Assembly: GCA_965287045.1 (NCBI GenBank) | Contig: OZ336876.1 | Coordinates: forward strand, 23,870,001 to 23,934,000 | Direction of reading: 5' to 3' | From: Carcharhinus amblyrhynchos | Lineage: Eukaryota | DNA length: 64,000 nt | Part shown: one piece after another, positions 14,173 to 27,975 of the stretch | How the letters are laid out: the number at the start of each line of letters is the position of its first letter | Position numbering within the stretch: position 1 is the stretch's first letter | Notes under the pieces: model-generated | The model's database searches: none | Seen by the model: the letters and a program-made list of their open reading frames with translations, nothing else | Told to the model about the DNA's origin: nothing | Translations under genes and position numbers: made by a program

Positions 14173-15020
14173 TTGAATTGATTTATTATTGTCACATGTA
14201 TTAACATACAGGTGAAAAGTATTGTTTTTTGCACGCTCTCCAGACAAAGTATATTATTCATAGAGAAGGAAACGAGAGTGTAGAATGTTGTGTTACAGTC
14301 ATAACTAGGGTGCAGAGAAAGATCAATTTAATGTAAAGTAAGTCCATTCAAAAGTCTGATAGCAGCAGGGAAGAAGCTGTTCTTGAGTTGGTTGGTACGG
14401 GACCTCAGACCTGCGTATCTTTTTCCAGACAGAAAAAGTTGGAAGAAAGAATCTCCAGGATGAGTGGCGTCCTTAATTATGCTGGCTGTTTTGCCAAGGT
14501 AGCAGGAAGTGTAGAGTGTCAATGGATGGGAAACTGGTTTGCGTGATGGATTGGAGTATGTTCACAATCTTTTATTGTTCCTTGCGCTCCAAGCTGTGAC
14601 TCAACCAGAAAGAAAGCTTCCTATGGTGCATCTATAAATGTTGGTGAGAGTTGTAGCTGACATGCCAAATTTCCCTAGTCTTCTGAGAAAGTAGAGGCAT
14701 TGGCAGCATGGGGGACCAGGTAGGATGCTGGTGATCTGGACAACTGAAAACTTGAAGCTCTCAACCCTTTCTACTTTGTCCTCATTGATGTAGACAGGGG
14801 CATGTTCTCCTTTATGTTTCCTGAAGTCGATGACATTCTCCATTTTGTTGACATTGAGGGAGAGATTACTGTTGCCACACCACTTCACCAGATTCTCTAT
14901 CTCATTCTTGTGCTCTGTCTCATCATTATTTGAGATCCGACCCAGTATGGTGGTGTCATCAGCAAACTTCACAGTCAAATTGGAGAGGAATTTGGCCACT
15001 CAGTCACAGGTGTATAAGCA
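14173..15020 (-). mobile_element. Rex1/Babar-like LINE 3' fragment
   Basis: VKFADDTTILGRISNNDETEHKNEIENLVKWC..LYFLRRL..KNSFFPAAIRLLN; 3' end catgtgacaataataaatcaa. Confidence 0.85.
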
Positions 15021-15685
15021 TTAATGGAAGATTACTTGTGACTAATAAATAAACTTCCACCATAACTTTGCTGAAAGAACAATGGAAAACCCATCTACAT
15101 ATGTCTATGTCACAGCAATCTATATGTAGAGCTGGCCATAACCTCCCTGGAGAGCTTCTTGCCAGATTTCACCATGAGCTTGCTTTGAAATTCCATGGGA
15201 TCCCTCTTGCCATCACCCCTCTCCCATTGTAAGTGCAGCAGCTCATTAGCAGAAACTCTGGTTGTTTCCACTGGCTCCTGTTATTTACAAACTTACATTA
15301 ATGCGTCAAGACACAGCTTCATGTACAGGACTGATAGATACAAAATAGATCGAAAGAGGCTGACCAACAACCAATTTAGGGTAGTCAGGAAATGTGTTTA
15401 AGAGCAAGGCGCTGAATCTTAGGGTTCTAATTTTGGAAGTTGATACCACAAAATAATTATTACAAACAATATTAGCCATACCATAACTCCCATGGTATGT
15501 TCACCAGACATACTTGGTGAGCTGTCACTGAATCACATATTAGAAATACCTGGAGATGCTAAGATACGAGGGCAGCTGAATATTCTGGAGCTTGCTTTAG
15601 GGATCAGGGAGCATTTCAACAGTGTTGTTTTCAGCTGCTTCAGTGGAATGGACTGACTCCATGACGACCAGATAGATCATCAGTT

Positions 15686-16483
15686 GTCTAAGGATGGTAG
15701 GAAGAATGGTAGGAAGGACTATTACTTACGCGGAGAAAAACTGCAGCAGGCGACGGTGCAGAGGGACCTCGGGGTCCTTGTGCATGAGTCGCAAAAACCC
15801 AACTTGCAGGTGCAGCAGGTGGTCAGGAAGGCAAATGGGATGCTGGCCTTCATAGCGAGGGGGATTGAATATAAAAGTAGGGAGGTCTTGCTGCAGCTGT
15901 ATAGGGCATTGGTGAGGCCGCAGCTGGAGTACTGTGTGCAGTTTTGGGCGCCGCACCTGCGCAAAGATATTTTGGTCTTGGAGGGAGTGCAGAGGAGGTT
16001 TACTAGGCTGATACCGGAGTTGAGGGGGTTGAGCTATGAGGAGAGGCTGAATAAACTAGGCTTGTACTCGTTGGAGTTTAGAAGAATGAGGGGAGATCTC
16101 ATTGAGACGTATAAGATGATGAATGGGATGGATAGGATAGAGGTGGAGAGACTCTTCCCGCTCAAAAAAGACACTAGGACTAGGGGGCACAGCCTCAAGA
16201 TAAAGGGGGGCGTTTTAGAACGGAGTTGAGGAGGAACTTCTTCACTCAAAGGGTGGTGAATCTCTGGAATTCTCTACCCGTTGAAGTGGTGGAGGCTGCC
16301 TCGCTAAATATTTTCAAGAAGCGGGTTGATGGGTTTTTGATAAGAGAGGGGATTAAGGGTTATGGGGAGAGGGCCGGAAAGTGGAACTGAGCCACGACAG
16401 ATCAGCCATGATCTTATTGAATGGCGAGGCAGGCTCGAAGGGCCAGATGGCCTACTCCTGCTCCTATTTCTTATGTTCTTATG
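15686..16483 (+). mobile_element. Young CR1-clade LINE 3' fragment (end of ORF2 and 3' UTR)
   Basis: 181-aa ORF with RDLGVLV..LYRALVRPQLEYCVQFWAP..LEFRRMRGDLIETYK; a single frameshift in a G run at ~16205; CpGs retained; ends in (ttcttatg)2. Confidence 0.9.
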
Positions 16484-17271
16484 AAATAGTCTTTTTCTCA
16501 TTGAGATTTTATTTCTTAGGTAATTATATTTTGATAACATTTTGCCAAAATTCAAACCCTAACATTTAGTGCCTTTGTCTCAAATGTGTTTCTTGGCAAT
16601 CCGACATCAACTCTCCATGCCACTCTGTTTTTCAGATTAAAATTTAGACTAGCCCTTGTAGGTAGATGTAAAAATTGAAGACACACTTTGAAGAGATCAG
16701 CCCTTGTGTCCTGGCCAGTATTCGTTCCTCAGCCAAGATCACTAAAAGTCTCAGATTATTCCACTGTTTCTTTCTAGGTACAGGGGAGATGTCAGGGGTA
16801 AGTTTTTCACTCAGAGAGTGGTGGGTGCGTGGTGTAGACAGATTCAATGGGGTCTTTTAAGAGACTTTTGGATAAGTACATAGGACTGAGTAAGATAGAG
16901 GGTTATAGATAAGGACATGTTTGGCACAACTTGTGGGCCAAACGGCCAGTTTGTGCTGTAGTTTTTCTATGTTCTATGATTGTTTTGTGAAACATTACAG
17001 ACAAGTTGCACATGGAAGCCTAGGCGTAATACTATCAATTGAAACACTTGTATTGGTTTTTCCAAAGAACAAATCATAAAATTGCACCATGGTATGGTAA
17101 TAAAGAGATCCTATAGAATGGGCATGATTTTCTATCCCCACCAATCACTGGGATCATCTGGTCCCACCGAAAGTCAGCTGACTTCTGGCTGGGCTGCCGA
17201 TCTTCAAGAAAGTAAACTATGAAATGATGCATGCCAGGCAGTGAGGTACGTGTTTCAAGCCATTCTGAAGA

Positions 17272-17456
17272 TCTTATTTTATTTACGAGCCACAAGTAGG
17301 CTTATATGAACACTGTTAATGAAGTTACTGTGAAAATCCCTTCGTCACCACACCCTGGTGCCTGTTCGGGTACACTGACGGAGAATCTAGCATGGCCAAT
17401 GTAACATCTTTGCAATGTGGGAGGAAACTGGAGCACCCAGAGGAAACCCACACAGA
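17272..17456 (-). mobile_element. HE1-type SINE fragment with tail type B
   Basis: aatgaagttactgtgaaaatccc..cctgttcgggtacactga..gggaggaaactggagcacc. Confidence 0.75.
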
Positions 17457-18124
17457 GCTTGCACAACATGAGAAAGAAGGTTTCCAGAGTCCTATGATTT
17501 TTAAATGTTTATTTTTCTATAATTTTATGCCAAATATCAACTCAATGTGGGTGGAAGTGCATTGTTCTCATGTTCACTCAGTGAAGGACCAATGACAAAA
17601 GAGACCAAATGGGACAGGCCTCAGATGCATAACAATTAGTGTTATTCCGGTCGCAAGAAATGTATTGTGCATTACAGGAAAATATCAGACTGGAAACATC
17701 TCAGAGGATTTAAAGCACTTGAAGCAAAACAAATGTAAACAAGACTTAAAAAAGTACATCTACCTACTCATGTTCTTTTTGCTCACCCCAGATTTCCTCC
17801 TCACACACACGTACAAAGTTTGGGTTTAAAATTCAATGGGATCAGATGATCCCAGTGATTGGTGGGGATAGCAGGACCGGATGATCCCACTGACCATCAA
17901 TGGTGAGTCACCTCTGCCACAAAAGGAGGCGCTATTGTGGGGGGGTTGTAAAAGACCTCAGCCCTAATCTTACCACCATGCATGCTGGCGGGATTTTCCC
18001 ATTTAGCTCGAGATTTGGCTGGCTACCAAATTCTCCAACTTCACTGCAGCGGGAGGATAACATGGGTGGCAGTTAAGAATACACCCATCATTGCAGTAGT
18101 TGAATGAAAAGTACGGGATTTATG

Positions 18125-18340
18125 TCAAGTCAATATTTATTCCTCAATCCACATCACAAAAACCACCTGTCTGGACATTACCAAAATGCTGTTTGTGGGA
18201 GCTTGCTGCATTTAAACTAAATGCTGTGGTCCCTACATTATCATAGTGACTACACTTCAAAAGTACTTTAGCCATAAAGCAATTGGGTAACCATCCTGGG
18301 ATCATGAAATACACTATTTAAGTACAAGCCTTTCTTTACC
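18125..18340 (+). mobile_element. Deu-domain SINE 3' half
   Basis: gtcaatatttattcctcaa..gctgtttgtgggagcttgctg..gtgactacacttcaaaagtactt. Confidence 0.6.
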
Positions 18341-19374
18341 TTTTCTTAAGGTGTTTTTTTCTTTCAGAACTGAGTCAAATGGCAGAAAGTTGTGATGGAA
18401 ACATTTACCACGGGTAAAAGATAATTAACTGAGCCAAAAATATTGTGATTGGCACACAAGTCCAAACCTACCTGCATCTATACTTCAACTGTTTTGAATT
18501 CTAATAAGTGGTTTTACTGAACCTTAGTAATCCACACCACGCTGAAAGGTGCACATCACTAGACTACAGAAAGGCTGCTTGTGATGGGTTTATAGAACCT
18601 CTGAGAATTTATGATAATGCAGTGGATGCATCAGTGGAGACTTTCTTTGTGTAGCTGTGACCGTCTCAAGGTTATCCTTTGCACCAACATATTATTATGT
18701 GCGTGTAATTTTTTAAGCGTAGCCTGTTAGATTAAACAAGTTCTTGAGTTAAAGGAAAATGACTATGAGCAGCAACTTTGAAATTGCTGTTTTAAACATC
18801 TGTACTCCTTGAAAAGTGGAACCAAAATTATAGCATCTCTGCAGAGACTTTTAAAATCAAATGCTTAGCACGCTCCCACTTTGGAAAGTGTGTATTTTTA
18901 CAATTTGTCACAGTTCATTGAGGAGATGGATTGGATAGTAACACCACCAGTTACACATACAAATCCAGAGTCAAATGATAAATACGAATATGATATATAA
19001 CTAAACCACCACTGCGGGATTCTGCATGACAAAGTAGAAACATGCTGTCATTAATATTCTGTGTGAAAGAAAGTGCACACAAAGCTCTGAAAGCTGCAGG
19101 TTTAATGAGCATTACTGCTATATACAGCAACTTTCAATTCCTGGAAAATACTTCTATAAGAGCCCAAACTGCATCTCTGTGAAATGTAGGGTTGCAGCCA
19201 TGCTATAACCTCTATAGCCAATATTTTAATTTTAAAAATGATTTTATCTTTTAAAAAAATAAATACGGAAAAGCAGAGATGTTTCAGACTGGTTAAGATC
19301 AATGGTGGACTTGTTTTACAAACTCATGCTATTACACGTTCATTACCTCTGCAAAATATGTTACATGCACAACC

Positions 19375-19475
19375 AGAACTGAATATGCTGGAAAATCTCA
19401 GCAGGTCTGACAGCATCTGTGGAGATAGAATAGATCTAATGTTTTGAGTCTGGATGACCCTTCCTCAGGGCTGAC
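19375..19475 (-). mobile_element. Solo Penelope pLTR fragment with decayed hammerhead
   Basis: Reverse complement of the 54420-54520 tail; minus strand CTGAGGA-agggtc-atcc-agactc-AAAA (GAAA mutated). Confidence 0.65.
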
Positions 19476-19931
19476 GAAATTAAAATAAATGAACTGGGAT
19501 ATAAAATAAAAACTGGAAAGGTATAGTGTAGCATGTGAAAAACAAAACAAAGGTGAGATATTCGAGCGGGATCTGCAGACCCCAGTGGTAAACCCCATGA
19601 TGGGGTTGCCCCATGACGAGATCGGCGAGGCACGCAATACCATATACCAAGTCGGTGGGACAGGATGATCCCACTGTGAACCGCTGCTGCTAACAACACG
19701 TCATGGGTTGGGGGGGTGGGCATGGGGGGCTGTTGCAGAGAGGGCAGAAAATCCCACTAACCTGTGACTTTTGATATTAGTGAAAAAGAAACTGAACATG
19801 ACAGAAATTAATGTCCAAAAATATTTAATAGCTTTCAAAAAGTTATATCTAACTGGAGAAGTAATTGCACCCATATGTACAAAGATAGGTAACAATGTGC
19901 GCCTTGATGTTGAAAAGGCCTTTGAAAATAT

Positions 19932-21152
19932 GCCATAGAATCCCTGCAGTGCAGAATGAGGTCATTCAGCCCATCAAGTCTTCACTCATTCTCTGATAGA
20001 GCATCCTTCCCATATCCCATAACCCCACGTATTAACCCTGAAAATCCTTCCAATCCACACATCCTGGGACACTCGGGGCCCAGTTTTCCTATTTTTATTC
20101 TAAGTGCCAAATCTGGGTGCAATTCAGATCCGACTTGGAAATCTGTTCACAGGCACCCCCACACACACTTTGCCTGAACAAAAAATCGCAAGTCTGAATC
20201 GTGCTGTGAGCGGGGTTTATCACCACCAAAATGTTGCAGCACCAATCACAGCCTTCAATTGTGCATGGGCAGTGGAAAAAAAACTTTAAAAAACGCAACC
20301 CTGTCACATCGCACCCAGGCCGCAAAAAGCGGATAAAATGGCCTGGGAGCAAAAAGTAGGCACGATGGCCCCCACAGACATCAACCCATCCCCACAACAT
20401 AACTGTCCACCTTATCCACCCACCCCCCAGCTACACAAATCCATCATGACCCCTTGCTTCCCTTCCCCTCCACCAATCGCCTGCAGAGTGGCAGCGGACC
20501 TCCCCTGCCCTTGCCCCACTCCCCACCGCACCCTCCCCACCTTCACCTGGCCTCTCTTCTCTCCCCCACCAGAGAACGATCAGGCCGCCTCCCTCTCCAC
20601 CACCGATCTGAGTCAGACACCCCGCTGGAAGCTCTGAGCTTACCTCTTCGGAAGCTGGAGCGCCCAAGACAGACCTTTGCCAAGCACGTCTGTTTCACGC
20701 CAAATCTGGGCGGGCGAACACGATGGTAAAGGGGGAAATGCAAGAAAGATTGGGTGTCCAGCTCATTAAGTCAATTTAAATGGATGAAAATGCACTTTAC
20801 CAAGGCCTGAAAATGGCCGCGGTTCGAATCACAGCCATTTTTGGGCCTTGGTAAAATGGGCACCTGCACGGACACAGGCGCAGATTGTACTAATCACCTC
20901 ACACCCGACTTTACCAAATTTTCGTACCTGAAAACAGGCACAATGCAATGGTAAAATCATACCCTCAGTGCCAATTTAGCATGGCCAGTCAAGCTATCAC
21001 GTCTTTCATAATGTGGGATGAAACTGGAGCACCCAGAGGAAACCCACATAGACACAAGGAGACTGGGCAAACTCCACACAGACAGTGACCCAAGGCCAGA
21101 AGTGAACCCAGGTCTCTGGTGCCGTGAGGCAACAGTGCTAACCACTGTGCTG
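19932..21152 (-). mobile_element. HE1-type SINE split by a MITE (SINE parts 19932-20075 and 20965-21152)
   Basis: SINE motif gacact..gcaatttagcatggcc is rejoined when 20076-20964 is removed. Confidence 0.8.
20076..20964. mobile_element. Non-autonomous DNA transposon, PIF/Harbinger-like MITE
   Basis: Imperfect TIRs gggcccagttttcc / ggtaaaatcataccc; 3-bp TSD-like tcg/tca; no coding capacity. Confidence 0.6.
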
Positions 21153-22009
21153 ATGTTAGATCATTCTAATAGAGCATATAGTCCATGGGTGTTGTTGTAA
21201 AACCTAGCAACTGGCTAAATAGGTGGAATCAGAGAGTAATTAATGTCACCACTGGAAGAAGTCTTAATGGGACACTCTGAATGTCAGAAATCCCTCATCT
21301 GCTGGTGTGAATAAACACCCCGGAATCACAATGGATAACTTCACAACATGAAGATGACACATGGCTGAGAGGAAACAGGATTTTGAAGGCAGCTATTAAG
21401 ATAACAAAGGTCAATACAAATAAATGTATAATATTGTATAAAGATAAAAAAGAGAAAAAAATGCATCTTGTTAATGGGAAAAAAATTGGCAAGGGCAAAA
21501 GAGATGCAGTTGCATCAATCAACATGTCTGAACAATGTGAGACAATGACAAATAAAACAAACAGGGCCTTTAGCTTTTATTAACAAATTGAGTTAACTCC
21601 AAATTCGAAAGAGTCATGTTGGAGTTGTTTAATACCATACACTGGTCCAAGCGTATATGAAATCTGGTGAAATCTGATTAGCTATGATGCAGTGGGGATG
21701 CAGACTGCTCTATGAGTGCATATCAATATCGATTTTTGTGGCACAGCCACATGGAAACTGACTTTTTGCCTTTCTTTTGGTTGAGGAGTGGGACTGGCTA
21801 CAGGAACACATCAATGTCGTTGGCAATTTTTGAAAATCATCTGCAAGAAATGGTAGTGAGAATGAGATAAGAATTGTCAGGGGATACTTAACCCACAGGA
21901 ACAAATAGATGACAGGTCTGTGGGGGTTAAAAATGTGAATCTCAAATCCAATCCTAACCGCTTGCCAACTTGTGGTTTTATCAGAGATCAGGCAGTCAGT
22001 GAGAAGACA

Positions 22010-23280
22010 GCTCTGTTAGAAAAATCATCATTCAAAATCATCACTAAGGAGAAGGTTCTGGGGAAACTGAAAGGTCTGAAGGTGCATAAACATCTGGACC
22101 AGATGGACGACACCCCAGGGTTCTAAAAGAGATAGCTGAGGGAATTGTGATGGCATTGGTGGTGATCTTTCAGGGATCACTGGGGGCAGAGAGAGTACCA
22201 GAGGACTAGAAAGTAACTAATGTAACACCACTGTTTAAGAAGGGAGGGAGGCAGTAGACAGGAAATTATAGGCCAGTTAGCTTGACTTCGGTCAAGATTT
22301 TAGACTCCATTATTAAAGATGAGGTTGCAGAGTTCTTGGAATGCATGATAAAGTAGGACTGAGTCAACACAGCTTTGTCAAGGGGAGGTCATGTCTCACA
22401 AATCTGTTAGAGTTCTTTGAGGAGATAACAAGGAAGTTAGATAAAGGAGAATAGACAAAGAAGTAGCAGATGAAATACAATTTGGAAAAGTGTGAGATTA
22501 TGCACTTTGGGAGGAGGAATAGAGGCATAGGCTATTTTCTAAATGGAAAAATGCTGAGGAAATCAGAAACCCAAAGGGACTTGGGAGTCCTTGCTCAAAA
22601 TTCTCTTAACGATAACGTGCAGATTCAGTCGACAGTTAAGAAGGCAAATACAATGTTAGCATTCATGTTGAGAATACAAGAGCTGGGGTATACTTCTGAG
22701 GCTGTGTAAGGATCTGCTCAGACCCCATTTGGAGTATTGTGGGCAGTTTTGGGCTGCATATCTAAGGAAGGATGCGCTGGTATTGGAATGGGTCCAGAGG
22801 GCATTTACGAGAATGATCCTTGGAATGAAGAGCTTATCGTATGAGGAACGGTTGAGGATGATGGGTTTGTACTTGTTGGAGTTTAGAAGGACGAGGAGGG
22901 ATCTTATTGAAACTTACAGGATACTGCGAGGCCTGAATAGAGTGGACTTGGAGAGGATGTTTCCACTAGTAGGAAAAACTAGAACCAGGGGGCACAATCT
23001 CAGGCTAAAGGGGCGATCCTTTAAAACAGAGATGAGGAGGAATTTCTTCAGTCAGAGAGTGGTGAATCTGTGAAACTCTTTGCCGCAGGGCGCTGTGGAG
23101 GCCAGGTCATTGAATGTCTTTAAGACAGAGATAGATATGTTCTTGATTGATAAGGGGATCAGTGGTTACGTGGAAAGGGCAGGAGAATGGGGATGAGAAA
23201 AATATCAGCCATGATTGAATGGTGGAGCAAACTCGATGGGCCAAGTGGCCTAATTCTGCTCCTATATCTTATGGTCTTAG
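22010..23280 (+). mobile_element. CR1 LINE 3' part with internal deletion
   Basis: GNYRPVSLTS-like RT motif, MKYNLEKCEIMHFGRRN, EYCGQFW..RRDLIETY, CR1 3' UTR ending tcttatggtctta. Confidence 0.85.
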
Positions 23281-23907
23281 TTAAGGAGGCTGTGAGTCTA
23301 CATTTTAACAGTATTTGTTTTAATCCAACTCTTGGTTTCCTGGGGCTGAGAAATCCAGGAGGTAAAATGAGTCAGGATTAGGTTGGTTCAATGAGGGAAG
23401 TGCATTGAGAGCTCTGCTTGTGGCTCAGAAGGAGCCAAAGTGTTTTCTCTTGGCCTAAGCAGCAAACTTCTTTACACATTTTGTGATCAACTGTAGTCCA
23501 CCAACTTAGAGACTGGCTATCTTTCCAGTGATAGGCAGGCAGACTGTCAATCAGGCTGGTTGATAAGTGAGAAACATGCTCAATGCAAGATGGTACATTA
23601 TATCACTCAACTGGCTGCAGATGTATGGGTGCTGGGCAAAACTGGTAAGGTTATCATTAGGGCAGATAATTGACATGTCATGTTATCTTATAACTAGTCC
23701 CACAAAATTTATGCATGCACACTGCACAACATGATTTAAAGTCTGAATACCTCAAATTTGTGTAAAAATTGCAGAAGCACCTAAAATGCTAATTTATGGG
23801 TGGTACTAAATCTCTTGCTCATGTCACATTCACAACTTTACACATTGACTGAGCTCATATGGAAGCTTCTGGAATAGTCCTTCATTAGTGTTCATTTTAA
23901 CCAAATA

Positions 23908-24180
23908 AAGGATGTGCTGGTCTTGGAAAGGGTCCAGAGGAGATTTACAAGAATGATCCTTGGAATGAAGAGGTTATTGCATGAGGAATGGTTGAGAATG
24001 ATGGGTTTGTGCTTGTTGGAGTTTAGAAGGATGAGGGAGGGATCTTATTGAAACTTACAGGATACTGCGAGGCCTGAATAGAGTGGACTTGGAGAGGATG
24101 TTTCCACTAGTAGGAAAAACTACAACCAGGGGGCACAATCTCAGGCTAAAGGGATGATCCTTGAAAACAGAGATGAGGAG
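23908..24180 (+). repeat. Internal CR1 fragment duplicated from 22768-23039, flanked by 17-bp direct repeats
   Basis: Near-identical to 22768-23039; agtgttcattttaacca at 23887-23903 and 24179-24195. Confidence 0.8.
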
Positions 24181-25611
24181 TGTTCATTTTAACCAGAGGA
24201 ATTTGTTAAGATGCTTGTCAAGGAATTAGCTGATCATTGCTTATCCAACACAAACATCAATCTTCTAGAGTGTTCCTACTTGAATCACTGTGGGTGTGGA
24301 CCTCTCCTGGAATGGACATGCCATGGCTAATGTTGTGTACACAATTCACACTTGCCATTGCTCAAAGTTTACTCAAAACACAAATGGATGCATTGGCTCT
24401 ATGTTTCTAGGTTTGCAATTTAACACAAGAAAGATGATAAGACCAGTGATCGACAAGTTGTGGGTGAAAGATTATCATCTACCTCCTGTTGTGTAGCAAT
24501 GGCGTTTGTCTTCCAAATCATTCTGGGAAGATGACTGTTAGAATTAGTCAGGTGTTTGAAATCCACTCTGAGTTTTATCTAAAGACTGAGAGGGATGAGG
24601 GCAGAGTACAGAGGGAAACCGACAAGACTGTGATATTTTACCCTTTCAAAAATCATCACTGTTAGCCAGTGTGAAAATCAGACTCTGAAATTAGCTGCAA
24701 ACATCAAATCCATTCAAAAAACCTCAGGCCTGCCATGTGGAGAACCAGAAATCATAAATTCACTGTATGTGCATACGTGTGTGTTGAGAGTCCACAGGTG
24801 TGCACACGAGTGTGTACGTGCGTTCAAGCATAAAACCGATTCTGTGACGATAGGTGGGACTTCCTAAAAATTTCCACCCATATGCAATGGATCTTTGGCT
24901 GCTCTCCAAATGTTCCACTCCTACCTGCGTCGATTCCTATCGCAGGTGTGACTGGACAATCCTTGTCATTGAGTTAATTCAGGACATTTATGCAACAACA
25001 AATAAGCTTTGTTATTTTAAGCTTATGAAGGCTTGCTGCTGAGTTACTTTATTGGAATGCACAACCAAAGGTAAGAAAAGACACAAAACCTCCCCTCCAA
25101 AACATAATGATTGCAGGCAGTAAGGGAGAAAATACATTCTGTCTGTGACACTCCATTTATAATGGAAAGATGTTAGAATCCCTGATACCAAAAGCTCATG
25201 TGAGACTTTAAAGAGCTGTCAGAACTCCATTTCTGAATTAAGCCTCTTGACAATTGCACAAGGAGAAAATGTAACCCAAACATAACTTTGAACATATTGG
25301 TTCAAGTAACATTGTGAGGGCAAAATTCAACATGAGCAGAGAAACAAAAGTTTGACCATCCACTGAAATCAATGGAAATGAAAATCCAGGAGTATCATGC
25401 CCAGCTGGTGGCCAACTTGTATTTTTTTTAAATAACACTTTATTCCCATCTAATCTGTTTCAAGCTATTGTTCAGGATACACATCTTACAGTTTAATCAT
25501 CCAAGTAACTTTAACTTTCATTTCTCTTTCCTAAAGCACACAGTGGATTCAATTCTAATTCTAATAGTTTTTGCTTTCTTAGTATTAAACAAGGCTTTGG
25601 TGAGGAGTGGA

Positions 25612-25956
25612 TTACATCAAATCCCTACATTGCCACAGGAAGCCATTCAGCCTATTGAGACTGCACGGAATCTCCATCAGAGTATATCTTACCAGGCCCT
25701 CTCCCCTATCCGATCCCTGTAACCCCATATATTTACCATGGCTAATCCATCTAACCTACATATCTTGGGACTTTAAAGGGCAATTTAGCACATCCAATCT
25801 GCCTAATTTACACATCTTTGGACTGAGAGAGGAAACTGGAACACCTGGAGAAAACCCACCATGGGGAGAACGAGCTAACTCCACATGGTCACCCAAGGCT
25901 GAAATTGAACCCACATCCCTGGCACTGAGAGGCAGCAGTGCTAACGACTGTGCTGT
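25612..25956 (-). mobile_element. HE1-type SINE
   Basis: Core cacatctttggactg..ggaaactgga and head ccctggcactgagaggcagcagtgctaac. Confidence 0.8.
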
Positions 25957-26948
25957 CTGATCATTATGGTGGGCATTCGATTTAGCGATGTTAGAGGTGA
26001 ACAGGGTATAAAGCAATTGACCTATTTTACCAACAGATTTAAGATATTACCGATCTGACAGAGTAAATTGTAAATTGTCAGTTTATTGGTCACAAGAATA
26101 TAGGGCAAAATCTTCCTTTGGCTCGGGAAAACCGAAACCTGCACACTCGGGGGTTCACAAACTGCATGCCTGATCCACGACGTCACCGGTTTTTCATTTG
26201 GGTTTTCACACTGGGATCAGGCTTACAGTATAATTTTGTGCATCAGCACAAGAGGACTGTGGGCAGTGAGGTAGGGCAGTAAGTAAGCCTGCATTTGTTC
26301 ACAAACGCAGTTTCCCAATTCTCAACTGTGTATAAAGGCCCTCAAACTGCACTCCTCACCTTCCACTCACCCCACAATTCCAGCCCATGCCTTCTCACTC
26401 AGTCCTTGCCATGCAATACCACTTCTATGCCTCCCACATATTCTCCACAACTTCTCAGGTAACCCTTACCTCTCCAGGGCACTATGTATCCTGCATACCA
26501 CCTTAAGTCATCCATTCTACCTTCATCATGCCCTCCTCCATAGCCATTCCCTCCTGTATGCACTCGACTCTTATGCAGACTTTAGGTTTCCAAAAGCTAG
26601 CACCACCAGACAGAAATTGTATGCAGGAGGAAATTCAATTTTTGTTCCCCATTTCAAGTGGAGAACCTCACCTCAACAATTGTGGGAGGGTGCATTTGCA
26701 CGAGGCATTCCCGATCCGCAATAAGACCAGAGGAAAATTGCGAGAGGATGTGAATGCAGAAGAAAATCATGTTTTCTCTAAAGCAAACCAATTGCAGTCA
26801 TTCATACACCAAAATGCATCATTGCAGCCAAACAAAACATTAGCCCATCATCGTCTATTATTTTGATTCACCCCATTAAATAATCCACTGCGCTGTTCTG
26901 TTTTGTTTCAATCAACGTAACATAGCTAAAAATGGATGTTTTATTTCA

Positions 26949-27266
<318 letters not shown>

Positions 27267-27773
27267 TTAACTCTTAACTGCCCTCTAAAATGGCCTCGGA
27301 GGACACATGGTGATGAGTTGCAGTTCATTCAGGAAGTCTTAAGTTATTTTTTAAATGCATATTCATGGAGCCCTGGGCAGTGATGATAGAGGCTCCCATG
27401 GCATGGCTGACTCGGAAACTCTTCTATTCTTACCATCTGACATTGGAGTGCTTTGGAAAGATTTGTAGGTTAAGACTTAACCTGTTAACTTCCGTTATGT
27501 CCTCCTTCAGCTAAAAGATCCTGGATGGGACTCAAACCTGGAGCTTTTGGCTCTGAGTTAAGTACGCCACTGTGCTATAAGACCTCTCTCTAGAACTCCC
27601 AGCTAACATTGGATGATAAGGTCGGTGGAGGCACATGCTCACAAGATAATCTGCCCAATTCTACTTCCTTTAATTTTGAATTTAAATGGAAGGCATATTG
27701 GGTGGACAGCTTTATTGATATGCACACATCCACCCAACTCCTTGAGGGGGGGGAGGTGGTGGTGGGGTGAGGA

Positions 27774-27975
27774 TCAGGGCAGGAAGTGCAGATGGGGCCT
27801 CTAGGGAACACAACTGGGGCTTCCAATTATGCGGTATGGAATGGTGGTCATTGCAGCGGGAGGGGGACAGTGGGGGTCAGGGCAGGAAGTGCAGGTGGAA
27901 CCTCTGGGGAACATAAGTGGGGCTTGTGGTGTGGAATGGTGGTCATTGTGGTGGGGGGTGGGGTGGGGGTGGCAG
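27774..27975 (+). repeat. G-rich tandem duplication, period 103 bp
   Basis: tcagggcaggaagtgcag..ggggctt..tggaatggtggtcattg starts at 27774 and again at 27877. Confidence 0.75.
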
